From Raphidiopsis brookii D9 (GTDB lineage Bacteria > Cyanobacteriota > Cyanobacteriia > Cyanobacteriales > Nostocaceae), in assembly GCA_000175855.1 (NCBI GenBank), contig ACYB01000035.1, positions 180,001 through 212,000 of the forward strand: a stretch of 32,000 nt of DNA, read 5' to 3'. The notes under the pieces were generated by a model, which worked only from the letters and a program-made list of their open reading frames with translations, ran no database searches and had not been told where the DNA came from. The translations under genes and the position numbers were made by a program. Below are positions 1 to 9,019 of this stretch, one piece after another (within the stretch, counting starts at the first letter, position 1; each line of letters starts with the position of its first letter).

Positions 1-231
1 CAAGGTAAAAATGATTTTGATATCTTGGGTTATGGCGGTCCTTGTCCACCAAGGGGGATCCACCGTTATTTTTTTCATCTTTACGCATTAGACAAACAGC
101 TACATTTATCAGCTGGTGTAACTAAAAATGACATTATGGTAGCTATGAGAAATCATGTTTTGGCTAATGCCCAACTTATGGGCAAATATCAGCGTGAAAG
201 AGCGATCCCTTATGCTTCTAATTATAAATGA
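1..231 (+). CDS. C-terminal part of a YbhB/YbcL-type PEBP (Raf kinase inhibitor-like) protein; 5' end lies outside the window
   Basis: Open in frame 1 from the window edge (QGKNDFDILGYGGPCPPRGIHRYFFHLYALD...). The GYGGPCPP..G.HRYFF.LYALD motif is characteristic of the bacterial PEBP family. The TTG start at 25 in the ORF track is internal. Confidence 0.88.
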   Translation, partial: QGKNDFDILGYGGPCPPRGIHRYFFHLYALDKQLHLSAGVTKNDIMVAMRNHVLANAQLMGKYQRERAIPYASNYK

Positions 232-453
232 CAAGGGTAGGGAGGATATTTTCTCCCTATTAATCCTGATGAAAGGATGTTTTCCAGAATGTTGGGTAAG
301 GAGGAGAATAGTTTTTCCCCTTGTCTTCAAAATACTACTGGTTTTTTGAGGATTTTGTCAACATGGAAAAGCTCAGATTTCAAAATTCCATATTTTTGTT
401 TTAATTTACTGACCTTCTACGCTAAACCTTGATGAATAGACTCCCAGAAACTT

Positions 454-1149
454 ATGCAATACAAACAAAGGTCTTTTTTTCTTGCTACCCTGATCCTAGG
501 GGGAATTTTAAGTATTAGTCCTTTGATGACAACTCAGTCTCAAGCAGCAGAATCACTACTAGCACAAGCTGGTAATCGTAAATTACGAGACTTGTTAGAG
601 CAAGGACGAAGATTAGTAGATTTAGGAGATTACAGCGGCGCTATTGCTGTTTATCAAGATGCAGCCAAGTTAGCGCCTAAAAATGCCAAGATTTATTCTG
701 GTATTGGTTATTTGTATGCTCAACAAGGCAATTTTTCACAGTCATTATCTGCTTACCGCCAAGCTATTTCCATCAATCCTAACAATAGTGACTTTTACTA
801 CGCCGTTGGTTATATTAAAGGTAACTTGGGGGATACAGCAGGTGCTAAAGAAGCTTACCGTCGTGCCATCCAGATCAATCGTAACAATTTCAACGCCTAT
901 TTAGGATTAGGTGTAGTTCAGACCCGTTTAGGGGATTATGAGGCTGCACAGTGGGCTTTTAAACAAGCAAACAAAATAGATGGCAATAACCCACGGGTGT
1001 ACGAGTTAATAGGTGCTATGTTTAAACAGCGTAGACAAATGCAAGAAGCTGGTAATGCTTTAAAACAAGCCCTAAGACTATATCGTACTGGTAGGGATAC
1101 GGACGGAATGATTAGGGTAGAAGAGATGTTAAAAGAAATGGGTGGTTGA
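454..1149 (+). CDS. Secreted tetratricopeptide-repeat protein
   Basis: N-terminal hydrophobic signal-like segment (FFLATLILGGILSISPLMTTQSQA) followed by several TPR units (GDYSGAIAVYQDAAKLAPKNAKIYSGIGYLYAQQGNFSQSLSAYRQAISINPNN...). Confidence 0.85.
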   Translation: MQYKQRSFFLATLILGGILSISPLMTTQSQAAESLLAQAGNRKLRDLLEQGRRLVDLGDYSGAIAVYQDAAKLAPKNAKIYSGIGYLYAQQGNFSQSLSAYRQAISINPNNSDFYYAVGYIKGNLGDTAGAKEAYRRAIQINRNNFNAYLGLGVVQTRLGDYEAAQWAFKQANKIDGNNPRVYELIGAMFKQRRQMQEAGNALKQALRLYRTGRDTDGMIRVEEMLKEMGG

Positions 1150-1205
1150 CGCTCCCATCGCTAAAAGTGGGGGATTCCCTCTGAGGTAAATTGATTTCAT
1201 GCTTT

Positions 1206-1418
1206 CTAACCTTCATCGTAAGGTTCTAAGTCTAATAAATAAACGTATGGTTCTACCAACTCTGGACGCTGAAAGGCGATCGCCCGCAGTAAATGCCAGT
1301 CATTTAACCCATCAAAAGCATTGCTATAATTATCTAGTTCTAGACGAGCAGCCAAATCTTTGACTTCTGTTGGTGTCATAGCGGCGATTTCTTTCTTAGA
1401 AATGCTTGTAGTTGTCAT
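1206..1418 (-). CDS. Small 70-aa hypothetical protein, likely conserved in cyanobacteria
   Basis: Complete ORF with ATG start and non-biased composition (MTTTSISKKEIAAMTPTEVKDLAARLELDNYSNAFDGLNDWHLLRAIAFQRPELVEPYVYLLDLEPYDEG). Family not recognised. Confidence 0.6.
   Translation of the reverse strand: MTTTSISKKEIAAMTPTEVKDLAARLELDNYSNAFDGLNDWHLLRAIAFQRPELVEPYVYLLDLEPYDEG
1276..1283. repeat. HIP1 octamer GCGATCGC (one of several in the window, e.g. 3030, 5124, 5274, 10748, 28330)
   Basis: Exact GCGATCGC palindrome, over-represented in many cyanobacterial genomes. Confidence 0.85.
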
Positions 1419-1475
1419 AATGCTTGCCCCTTTATTTTATAGCGCTAGCGTTTAGCTAGGAGTAGAGTTGTGTGT

Positions 1476-1513
1476 GAGATTTGACAATCTCCGTGCCTTC
1501 AGGTGCGGAGATT
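1476..1513. promoter_or_regulatory. Overlapping alternative hairpins, possible 5' UTR element of the minus-strand ORF at 1206..1418
   Basis: AATCTCCGTGCC-TTCA-GGTGCGGAGATT (1486..1513) forms a 12-bp stem with two G.T wobbles. GAGATT-TGAC-AATCTC (1476..1491) competes for the same middle arm. No T-tract follows on either strand. Confidence 0.4.
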
Positions 1514-1691
1514 ATTAAGACATAGCTGTTTTAATATCCTGATCACCCAACAAATTCTACCTGACATAATATATCCTACTCGAGGTTTAAGCAAGATTTG
1601 TAAATATTTATCCAAATTCTAAATTAGAAAAACTGATGGTTTTTATGTTATGATAGGAAATATATTATTTTTATTGGTTGTGTTTTTCTCA

Positions 1692-1765
1692 CGGGATGTA
1701 GCGCAGCTTGGTAGCGCACTTCGTTCGGGACGAAGGGGCCGCTGGTTCGAATCCAGTCATCCCGA
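1692..1765 (+). tRNA. tRNA-Pro (anticodon CGG)
   Basis: Cloverleaf by eye: acceptor CGGGATG/CATCCCG; anticodon stem CTTCG/CGAAG with loop TTCGGGA (anticodon CGG); T arm GCTGG-TTCGAAT-CCAGT; discriminator A. No encoded CCA. Confidence 0.95.
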
Positions 1766-2087
1766 TTGTAAACTGTGACTTGCCAAATCATTTAACCGCG
1801 TTGACAAACTACCTAGTCATCATCAGACTTATCGTACTGTTCAAAAATAAATCATATATTTATCCTTATGATACCTAAACCTTGAGAAAAAACTGTTCAA
1901 AGTCGCATTCTCTCCTATACCCAAGTGTACGGTGCTTACCTTTGTCAGCACGTTTAAACATAGAATTAAAGCAGATATTTTTTTGATGAAGATTTGACAA
2001 ATTTGATAGAAATAGGAAATTTCAGCTGTTAGGTTATTAGTGGTTGATGATCTTGCTATTGACTGGATATGTAATTAGATAAAAAAC

Positions 2088-4388
2088 ATGATCTTTAATT
2101 ATTATTTGTCAATTGCCAGATATTTGATTAGCGAACCTATTTCAGACCCGACAATTGTTTATCAGAAATATATGAGAATTATTCATCAAGGTCAAAAGAT
2201 TCTTAGTAGTTTATTTTCTCAAAAGTCCTCTTTACTGAAATCTGGAAACAGGGGTTTTCGGATATTACTGGTCACAATTTGTGGATTGATAATAATTTCT
2301 AGCACCACAGCTCAAAATATCACCAATGGTAAATTAGCTACCGCATCTGGATTTGAATATACAACGTCCTGGGTAGGTAATACTATAGGTAAGGGAAAAC
2401 TGAGGGTACAAAATAATATAGAAGCTATGTATGTGACAGCCAATGGGCTGATTTACACCAATAGTATTTGGGATGAAAATGGGGGAGAAGCAGGAATATA
2501 TGAGAATGGTAAACCCATTGCATTTTTAGAAGATTTACATGGTTGGTATCGTCTTGGTGGTAGAGCAGTAACTGCAAATAATAAATATATTTATGTAGCC
2601 ATGAGTCAAGGATCACTTCCAGGTGAAAAAGGAGGTGACAAAGATAGTTATCCACCCCAAGATAAAACTTGGTATTGTGTCAGACGTTATAATTTACAAG
2701 GAAAATCTATTGCTTTTACCCGGGGTAAAGGTTGGGACAAAAGTATGTTGGTTATTAGTGACCAAACGGAAGTAACTGGGTTGGCCACCCTGGGGGATAA
2801 ATTGTTTGTCAGTCATGGGGGTAGTAATATGGTCAGAATTTTCCATAGGGAAACCATGGAAGAAATTGGCAGATTCCCCGTAGAAAATCCTGGAGGAATA
2901 GCTATTGATCACCAGAATAATTTATGGATTATCCAAAATAAAAAAGGGAACAAATCTGGAAAAGTCTTGCACTATAGCCCCTCTGGGAAAAAATTGCCAC
3001 AAGAAATTATGGATGTACAAGATCCAACGGCGATCGCCATGGATCCGAAAAATAGATTATTGGTTGCAGAAAATAGTGAACGCCAGCAGATACTAATTTA
3101 TGAAATAAACAATCAACCTGTACAGGTGGGAACCTTTGGGGATAAAAAAGGTATTTATGGTGGTGTACCGGGAGCAGTTAGAGATTTAAAACTCTATGGT
3201 ATCACTGCCATTGGTACAGATCGAGGAGGCAATCTATATATTAATAGTAATGGCTTCAATAGATCGGGAACAGATCTGAGGAAATTTTCTTCTTCAGGAA
3301 AATTACAATGGCAATTACTGGGTTTAATATTTGTGGATAATGGGGATACGGATCCTCAAAGTGATGGGACAGTCATCTTTACCAAACATGAAAAATACCT
3401 AGTAGATTATAGTAAACCCATTGGTAAACAATGGACTTACCAGTCCTATACTTTAAACCCTTTTAAATATCCTCAAGACCCTCGTTTACACACCGCCCCT
3501 GATGGTCCGATTTTTCGCCGTATTCAAGGCAAACCATTTTTATTTCTGACGGACATGTTTGGGCGTTTATTACAAATTTATCGCTTTCAACCACAAACTG
3601 ATGGGGAAATTGCAGTTCCTGCAGGGATGTTTGTGGGAACTAATGATAAAGGTAAAGCCATTAATGGTAATTGGCCTCCTCATCAACCAAGTAAGGGAGA
3701 ATGGATTTGGCGTGATAAGAATGGTAATGGTGGATTTGAACAAAATGAGTATGAAAGCAGCGAAGATTATTTATATATAGGTGGTTGGTGGGTAGATACT
3801 AAGGGGGACGTATGGAAAACCCTACGGACTGAGGATGGTATTCGTCACTATCCTCTGCAGGGATTGGATGGTCGGGGAAATCCAATTTATAGCTATGGTT
3901 CTATGAAAAGAGAAAGAACTCCTAGTATGTTTCGAGATTTGCGCAGGATTGAATATTTCCCAGACACAGATACTATGTATTTGTCTGGTTTTACGGTTGA
4001 TCATCCTTCCGTTGGTGATGATACTGGGGTTGTGGGATCAGAAATTATCCGCTTTGATCGCTGGAGTCAAGGAAATCGCACTCCTAGATGGCGAGCAGTA
4101 ATTCCCTATGACAATACGGGTCAACGAGAAATATCTACTGCTGCTATGAGTGTAGCAGGCGATTATATATTTGCTGTTACAGTTAAAACTGCCGAGGTTT
4201 ATGTTTATAAAAACGATACCGGAAAATTTGTGCGCAAATTTGGTCCGGGTCCAGAAGTTGGTGAGGAAAGTGGTTGGGTGGATATTCCCCATGGTATCCG
4301 AGCTTTTCGTCGTCGCAATGGTGAATATTTATTGTTTGTAGAGGAGAATAGAAATGGCAAGGTGATTATTTATCGATTCCGTTTTTAA
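2088..4388 (+). CDS. Large secreted NHL/beta-propeller-like protein with an EF-hand-like loop
   Basis: 766 aa; hydrophobic segment FRILLVTICGLIIISSTTAQ after about 50 residues, so the true start may be downstream; repeated blade-like motifs (NPGGIAIDHQNNLWIIQN, DPTAIAMDPKNRLLVAEN, ITAIGTDRGGNLYINSNG). Confidence 0.75.
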   Translation: MIFNYYLSIARYLISEPISDPTIVYQKYMRIIHQGQKILSSLFSQKSSLLKSGNRGFRILLVTICGLIIISSTTAQNITNGKLATASGFEYTTSWVGNTIGKGKLRVQNNIEAMYVTANGLIYTNSIWDENGGEAGIYENGKPIAFLEDLHGWYRLGGRAVTANNKYIYVAMSQGSLPGEKGGDKDSYPPQDKTWYCVRRYNLQGKSIAFTRGKGWDKSMLVISDQTEVTGLATLGDKLFVSHGGSNMVRIFHRETMEEIGRFPVENPGGIAIDHQNNLWIIQNKKGNKSGKVLHYSPSGKKLPQEIMDVQDPTAIAMDPKNRLLVAENSERQQILIYEINNQPVQVGTFGDKKGIYGGVPGAVRDLKLYGITAIGTDRGGNLYINSNGFNRSGTDLRKFSSSGKLQWQLLGLIFVDNGDTDPQSDGTVIFTKHEKYLVDYSKPIGKQWTYQSYTLNPFKYPQDPRLHTAPDGPIFRRIQGKPFLFLTDMFGRLLQIYRFQPQTDGEIAVPAGMFVGTNDKGKAINGNWPPHQPSKGEWIWRDKNGNGGFEQNEYESSEDYLYIGGWWVDTKGDVWKTLRTEDGIRHYPLQGLDGRGNPIYSYGSMKRERTPSMFRDLRRIEYFPDTDTMYLSGFTVDHPSVGDDTGVVGSEIIRFDRWSQGNRTPRWRAVIPYDNTGQREISTAAMSVAGDYIFAVTVKTAEVYVYKNDTGKFVRKFGPGPEVGEESGWVDIPHGIRAFRRRNGEYLLFVEENRNGKVIIYRFRF

Positions 4389-4568
4389 AAACAATCACCA
4401 TCTTCATATTCACATTCTGAATTTACACAATCAACAAATATTGGGTGTCTACATTTATTATCATAGTGAATAGGTTGTTAGCTAAATTATGGCTTTAGGT
4501 ATAATGCCTACGGCTATGGGATTGATGTTCATTAACAAGTTAATCCGTAATTAATAAATGACGGTTTT

Positions 4569-5372
4569 ATGAGTAGTTTTATGAGGAATATGCAAAAAAC
4601 AACTTTGAGTAAATTACAAAGATTAATTCCCATTCATTTTTTAAGTACCATTCAGTATATCCATGCCTGTTTAATTTCCCACTGGATTTTACGATGGGGG
4701 AGTCAACCAATAGCATTGACCACAGCACCAGTTATGGTTTTCTCTCCCCATCAGGATGATGAAACTTTTGGCTGCGGGGGAATGATTGCTCGCAAACGAC
4801 AACAGGAAATTAGGGTGGGAGTGGTGTTTCTTACCGATGGAAGAGGTTCCCATGGACTAGAACCTAATATTCAAAATCAGGTTATGCAAATTCGTCAGCA
4901 GGAGTCCCTACAAGCATTACAGATTTTGGGAGTTCCCGAGACAGAAATTAAGTTTTTAAATAGGGAGGATGGCAGTTTATTAGATTTAAATATTTCTCAA
5001 AAAAGACAACTGGTCTCAGAAATAGTTACTTTGTTAAGAGATTATCAACCAGGCGAGGTTTATGTGCCTCACTTTAAAGATTGTCACAGAGATCACGAAG
5101 CTACATATTCTCTGGTGAAAGAGGCGATCGCCGAAAGTGGAATTAGCGTAGAGATTTTGCAGTACCCTATTTGGATATTTTGGAGAGCACCATTATTTAT
5201 TCTGTTAAAATTACGGGATATTGCCCCAGCTTATAGATTATCAGTTGCACAAGTTCAATCTCAAAAACAACAGGCGATCGCCGCCTATTCTTCTCAAATA
5301 GCCACTCTTCCTCGGGGCTTCATTAAGAGATTTTTACAAGCGGAAGAAATCTTCTTTAAAATGGAATATTAA
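4569..5372 (+). CDS. PIG-L family deacetylase (LmbE-like)
   Basis: VFSPHQDDETFGCGGMIA (variant of PHPDDE) and VYVPHFKDCHRDHEATYSLV match the PIG-L zinc-site motifs. Confidence 0.92.
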   Translation: MSSFMRNMQKTTLSKLQRLIPIHFLSTIQYIHACLISHWILRWGSQPIALTTAPVMVFSPHQDDETFGCGGMIARKRQQEIRVGVVFLTDGRGSHGLEPNIQNQVMQIRQQESLQALQILGVPETEIKFLNREDGSLLDLNISQKRQLVSEIVTLLRDYQPGEVYVPHFKDCHRDHEATYSLVKEAIAESGISVEILQYPIWIFWRAPLFILLKLRDIAPAYRLSVAQVQSQKQQAIAAYSSQIATLPRGFIKRFLQAEEIFFKMEY

Positions 5373-5417
5373 TTCTAGAAGAAATCAGTTTAACAAAATC
5401 CTGAGGAGTAAAAATAA

Positions 5418-6530
5418 ATGCGAATTTTACACTTAACTAACCATATTCAAAATGTTGGTAATGGTATTGTCAATGTGGCAGTAGATTTGGCTTGTTTACA
5501 AGCCAAAGATGGCTTACAAGTGGGAATTGCTTCCCTGGGAGGAGAATACGAAATACTCTTAGAAAAATATGGTATTTCTCACTTTGAATTAGACCAGTCC
5601 CGGAGAATCACCAAGTTAATTAAGGCAGTTTATTCCTACCGGGACATAATTAAAAAATTTCAACCTCATATTGTTCATTGCCACATGATGACAGGAGTTT
5701 TACTAGCAGGAATTTTTAGAAATAATCAGGAATATGGTTTAGTTGCTACAGTGCATAATGAATTCCAACCCAGTGCAATATTAATGGGATTAGCAGATCG
5801 GGTAATTGCAGTCAGTCATGCGGTGGCTAATTCGATGATCAGTCGTGGAATCCCATCCCACAAATTGCGGGTAGTTAGTAATGGCACTTTCGGGAGTCCC
5901 AGACATAAAAAAATTCAAGAATATCAACCTATGAAATTACATCGTCCAGCTATTACTACCGTAGCAGGAATGTACACGCGCAAAGGCATTAGTGAATTAA
6001 TTCAAGGCTTTCAACTCATTGCCCAGGATTTTCCTCAAGCTCATCTCTATATCGTGGGTGAAGGTCCAGATCGGACTATGTTTGAAGCGATGGTGCAAAA
6101 GTCTGGGGAACTTAAACATCGTATTCATTTTGAAGGGTTTCAACCGGAACCACAAAGATATATGTTGTCAACAGATATCTTTGTTTTGGCTTCCCATTGT
6201 GAGTCATTTGGTTTGGTTCTCACAGAAGCTAGAGAAACCGGTTGTGCTATTGTTGCTACTGACGTAGATGGCATTCCGGAAACTTTAGATTATGGTGAAG
6301 CAGGTATTTTAGTTCCTCCTCAAGATAGTCAAAGTTTAGCTTATGCTTTAATACAACTCCTGAGCGATCGCCATAAGTTACAAGCATGGAAATTACGTGG
6401 TCAAAAAAATCTTCAAAGATTTAGCACCACACGTGTGAGTGAGGAGACTTTGAACATATATCGTGAATTAAGCAACAAATATAATGTCTTCTCCTCTATT
6501 GACACCAGGCAATTGGTAACAGGTAAGTAG
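5418..6530 (+). CDS. Glycosyltransferase family 4 protein
   Basis: N-terminal GNGIVNVAVDLAC, VAGMYTRKGISELIQGF, LYIVGEGPDR and C-terminal VLASHCESFGLVLTEARETGCAIVATDVDGIPE (GT4 EX7E region). Confidence 0.93.
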   Translation: MRILHLTNHIQNVGNGIVNVAVDLACLQAKDGLQVGIASLGGEYEILLEKYGISHFELDQSRRITKLIKAVYSYRDIIKKFQPHIVHCHMMTGVLLAGIFRNNQEYGLVATVHNEFQPSAILMGLADRVIAVSHAVANSMISRGIPSHKLRVVSNGTFGSPRHKKIQEYQPMKLHRPAITTVAGMYTRKGISELIQGFQLIAQDFPQAHLYIVGEGPDRTMFEAMVQKSGELKHRIHFEGFQPEPQRYMLSTDIFVLASHCESFGLVLTEARETGCAIVATDVDGIPETLDYGEAGILVPPQDSQSLAYALIQLLSDRHKLQAWKLRGQKNLQRFSTTRVSEETLNIYRELSNKYNVFSSIDTRQLVTGK

Positions 6531-6556
6531 TCATTATTTGGAGGATAATTTAAAAA

Positions 6557-6578
6557 TCTAGATCAAGTCTAGATCAAG
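6557..6578. repeat. Tandem 11-bp direct repeat TCTAGATCAAG x2
   Basis: Exact TCTAGATCAAGTCTAGATCAAG in the convergent intergenic region. Confidence 0.8.
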
Positions 6579-6607
6579 CCATATTGTTACTTATTAATCT
6601 CCTATAA

Positions 6608-7519
6608 CTATATATGAACTAATTTTTTCTGAGTCAAATGCATGGCAATTCCTTTTTCATAATAGGCAGCTTCGTTAATAAAAACTGGATAAACGGTAGA
6701 CTTTCCTTGGTAAAAAATCTCTTGATTATCAAAGGTCAGAAAAATTGCATCACCGAAATTTAGTGGTTGATAATCTTTATATTCAAGTTGGGGATGAATC
6801 ATCCCTTGGAGATCCCCCGATTCATTTCTGGGGTAGTCAACTGTACTCATAAATTCATAAACGTTTAGTTTCTTCCCATTTGACTTCTGATTAATGGAAA
6901 TTTTGCCTTGATTATAGTTTTCAAAAAAATCTAATATTGCATAAATGATTTTTGCTGTTTGTTGAAATAGTTGGGCATTTAAAATTCCTTGAGGGACAGG
7001 ACCTACTTCTAAAGTGAAACCTAGTTCACTTAAAGAACGCAAAAAACCACCATCTGGTGTTGGTGGGCGAAAACATACTTTAATTAGGGGACTTATGCTA
7101 ATTAGGTGAGATCCCAAAGTGATCAGTACGGGGTTCATATTACTAATAATCATACATAATCCCATATTGGCAGTGGTTGTATGTATGTCAATTATAGCAT
7201 CTAATTTTTGGGGATGGTGTGGTTGCAGAAGTTGCCAAATTTCCCTAGCTCTTGATTCCTCATATATAGAAGTATTGGCATTCAATAAGATGTCTTTGGT
7301 AAAACAACGATTCAAATCTTTATCAACATATCTTCTCCCAGCATTAATAGCTGGGGTGTTACCAAGTAAACAGATGGTTTCAAAACTTTCTCTCTTAATT
7401 AAATTCCCATACTTTTCAAAGGTTTTGACCAAATAAACTCCAATTAGTTCATTACCGTGAATTCCTCCTGCAATTATTACTCGACTGATTTCACTATTAA
7501 TTGCCTGGTATGCTAACAT
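6608..7519 (-). CDS. Aspartoacylase / succinylglutamate desuccinylase-like zinc carboxypeptidase family protein
   Basis: VIIAGGIHGNELIGVYLVK, YVDKDLNRCF, DIHTTTANMG and TLEVGPVPQG motifs of the AstE/AspA family. Confidence 0.9.
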   Translation of the reverse strand: MLAYQAINSEISRVIIAGGIHGNELIGVYLVKTFEKYGNLIKRESFETICLLGNTPAINAGRRYVDKDLNRCFTKDILLNANTSIYEESRAREIWQLLQPHHPQKLDAIIDIHTTTANMGLCMIISNMNPVLITLGSHLISISPLIKVCFRPPTPDGGFLRSLSELGFTLEVGPVPQGILNAQLFQQTAKIIYAILDFFENYNQGKISINQKSNGKKLNVYEFMSTVDYPRNESGDLQGMIHPQLEYKDYQPLNFGDAIFLTFDNQEIFYQGKSTVYPVFINEAAYYEKGIAMHLTQKKLVHI

Positions 7520-7584
7520 TTTGATGCCCTACTTTGATGTTTTTAGATGTTTTATCAGTCTAGCATCTTTGGTAGTTTGTTTTA

Positions 7585-8835
7585 TTAATAATGGTGTTTA
7601 TAATATTTATGGGCAGCCATAGATACAGCTAAGAACCCCCACATAATCATACCCGCAACACCTAACATCCCGCTGTAAATAATTAACTGAGCACAGGCAC
7701 TTATACCAATAGCACGAGCTGCACTGATAAAAACATCCCGTTTAGCTTCAGTATACTTAATCACGGAAACCAGAAGAAGGAATAGTCCGCTAGTATAGGG
7801 TATGGCACCAAACCAACCTAGGGTAAGAAACATATCTAAAATACCACTATCAATCACGATGACTTTAATTTGTCCTGTCTTTTCATCCACTTCCCAAATA
7901 TTTCCTAACCCATGACCAAAAGCAGTAGAAAGTGCTACATTTAGACTCTCATTGTAAGTTCTAGACCTATCCTGAAAACTGCTATCTTTCTCTAAGTTAG
8001 AAAAACTTTCAAGCCGAGTAGTCACAACTTCAGAAATAGGTTTTATAGTGACCAGGGGTATAATGGTAAGAACAATTACTAAAATAATCATCCCTAGGCG
8101 CATCCGAATTTTTGTTTTTACAGAACCTAACATGATGATTATTCCTAATAACCAACATCCCCAACTAGTCCGAACTTGTGATAGTAAAAATGACAAATAC
8201 CCTACCAGTGAAGCAGGAAAAATTAAGGGTCCATAACTGGTAAATAGCAATATTAATCCTGTTTGCATAACTGCACCGAAAGTACCCGGTGAGTGCAGAA
8301 TACTCCAAACTCTCATGCCAAATGCTTCGGGAGATCCAGCACTGGTAAACATTTTTGATTCTATTAACCAAAATTTGTCCCACTCAGGAGCAAATATAAA
8401 TTGATATATCCCATAAGCTCCTATTAGTAAAACAGCCCAAACAAATACCCGTTGCGTATTTCGTCCATAACTGGGATAATCTCGCCAGTTGATAAACAAA
8501 TGAAAGGCAAAAATAATTGGAGTAAACCAGTCTAAAAAGCCTCGGATAACTGATATTGGTTGATTGTAAAGTAATCCAACTAATAAGCCATAAATAACAC
8601 CAATTAAAGCTAAGATAAAGGGTAATCCTCCATCTTTGAGAGTCCGAGGCAAATTTTTAATTACTGAAGCAGTAGTTATAAGTACTACTAAATAAGGTGC
8701 TACCAAAATTTGACGGGTAGGATCCCAACCTACCCGATAGTCTATTAACCTGGCTAACAATGGGGTGATAAACCATATCCACCAAGTAAAACCAAGATAG
8801 AGAATGGGATGACGCAAATATAAAAATATTCCCAC
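7585..8835 (-). CDS. O-antigen ligase / Wzy-like polysaccharide polymerase; N-terminus probably truncated by a frameshift (see findings)
   Basis: Multi-spanning hydrophobic protein (YLGFTWWIWFITPLLARLIDYR, SFLLSQVRTSWGCWLLGI, GNIWEV), GTG start in the ORF track. Confidence 0.8.
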   Translation of the reverse strand: MGIFLYLRHPILYLGFTWWIWFITPLLARLIDYRVGWDPTRQILVAPYLVVLITTASVIKNLPRTLKDGGLPFILALIGVIYGLLVGLLYNQPISVIRGFLDWFTPIIFAFHLFINWRDYPSYGRNTQRVFVWAVLLIGAYGIYQFIFAPEWDKFWLIESKMFTSAGSPEAFGMRVWSILHSPGTFGAVMQTGLILLFTSYGPLIFPASLVGYLSFLLSQVRTSWGCWLLGIIIMLGSVKTKIRMRLGMIILVIVLTIIPLVTIKPISEVVTTRLESFSNLEKDSSFQDRSRTYNESLNVALSTAFGHGLGNIWEVDEKTGQIKVIVIDSGILDMFLTLGWFGAIPYTSGLFLLLVSVIKYTEAKRDVFISAARAIGISACAQLIIYSGMLGVAGMIMWGFLAVSMAAHKYYKHHY

Positions 8836-9019
8836 TAGAAAGGAACTAACAGGAAAATAATTCTTAGTAGGTTAGCAGCACCACCAAAATAACAGGTACT
8901 TGTAAATATAATAAAGGAAAAATGATTACCCAACTCTGGGCTGATCTATCTTCTGGAGAATAGGAGGATTCTAAAAAGCTATTGAAAAGCAGTTGTTTGG
9001 AAGTCACTTTTTTCAGAAA

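Noticed and set aside
109-349. ORFs at 109..330 (-) and 155..349 (+)
   Set aside because: Overlap the PEBP 3' end or extend into AT-rich intergenic sequence without domain signal.
683-904. 73-aa plus-strand ORF overlapping the TPR gene in another frame
   Set aside because: Lies entirely inside a well-supported gene with clear TPR motifs.
1770-2087. Possible small minus-strand ORF (MFKRADKGKHRTLGYRRECDFEQFFLKV) downstream of the tRNA
   Set aside because: Only 28 codons, no family resemblance, no convincing ribosome-binding context.
2425-4292. Five antisense or alternative-frame ORFs inside the propeller gene
   Set aside because: Low-complexity, His/Ser-rich translations with no domain signal; shadow ORFs of 2088..4388.
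7520-7584. Possible hairpin AGATG...CATCT in the gap after the polymerase gene
   Set aside because: Only 5 bp with a long loop and no T-tract; not a credible terminator.
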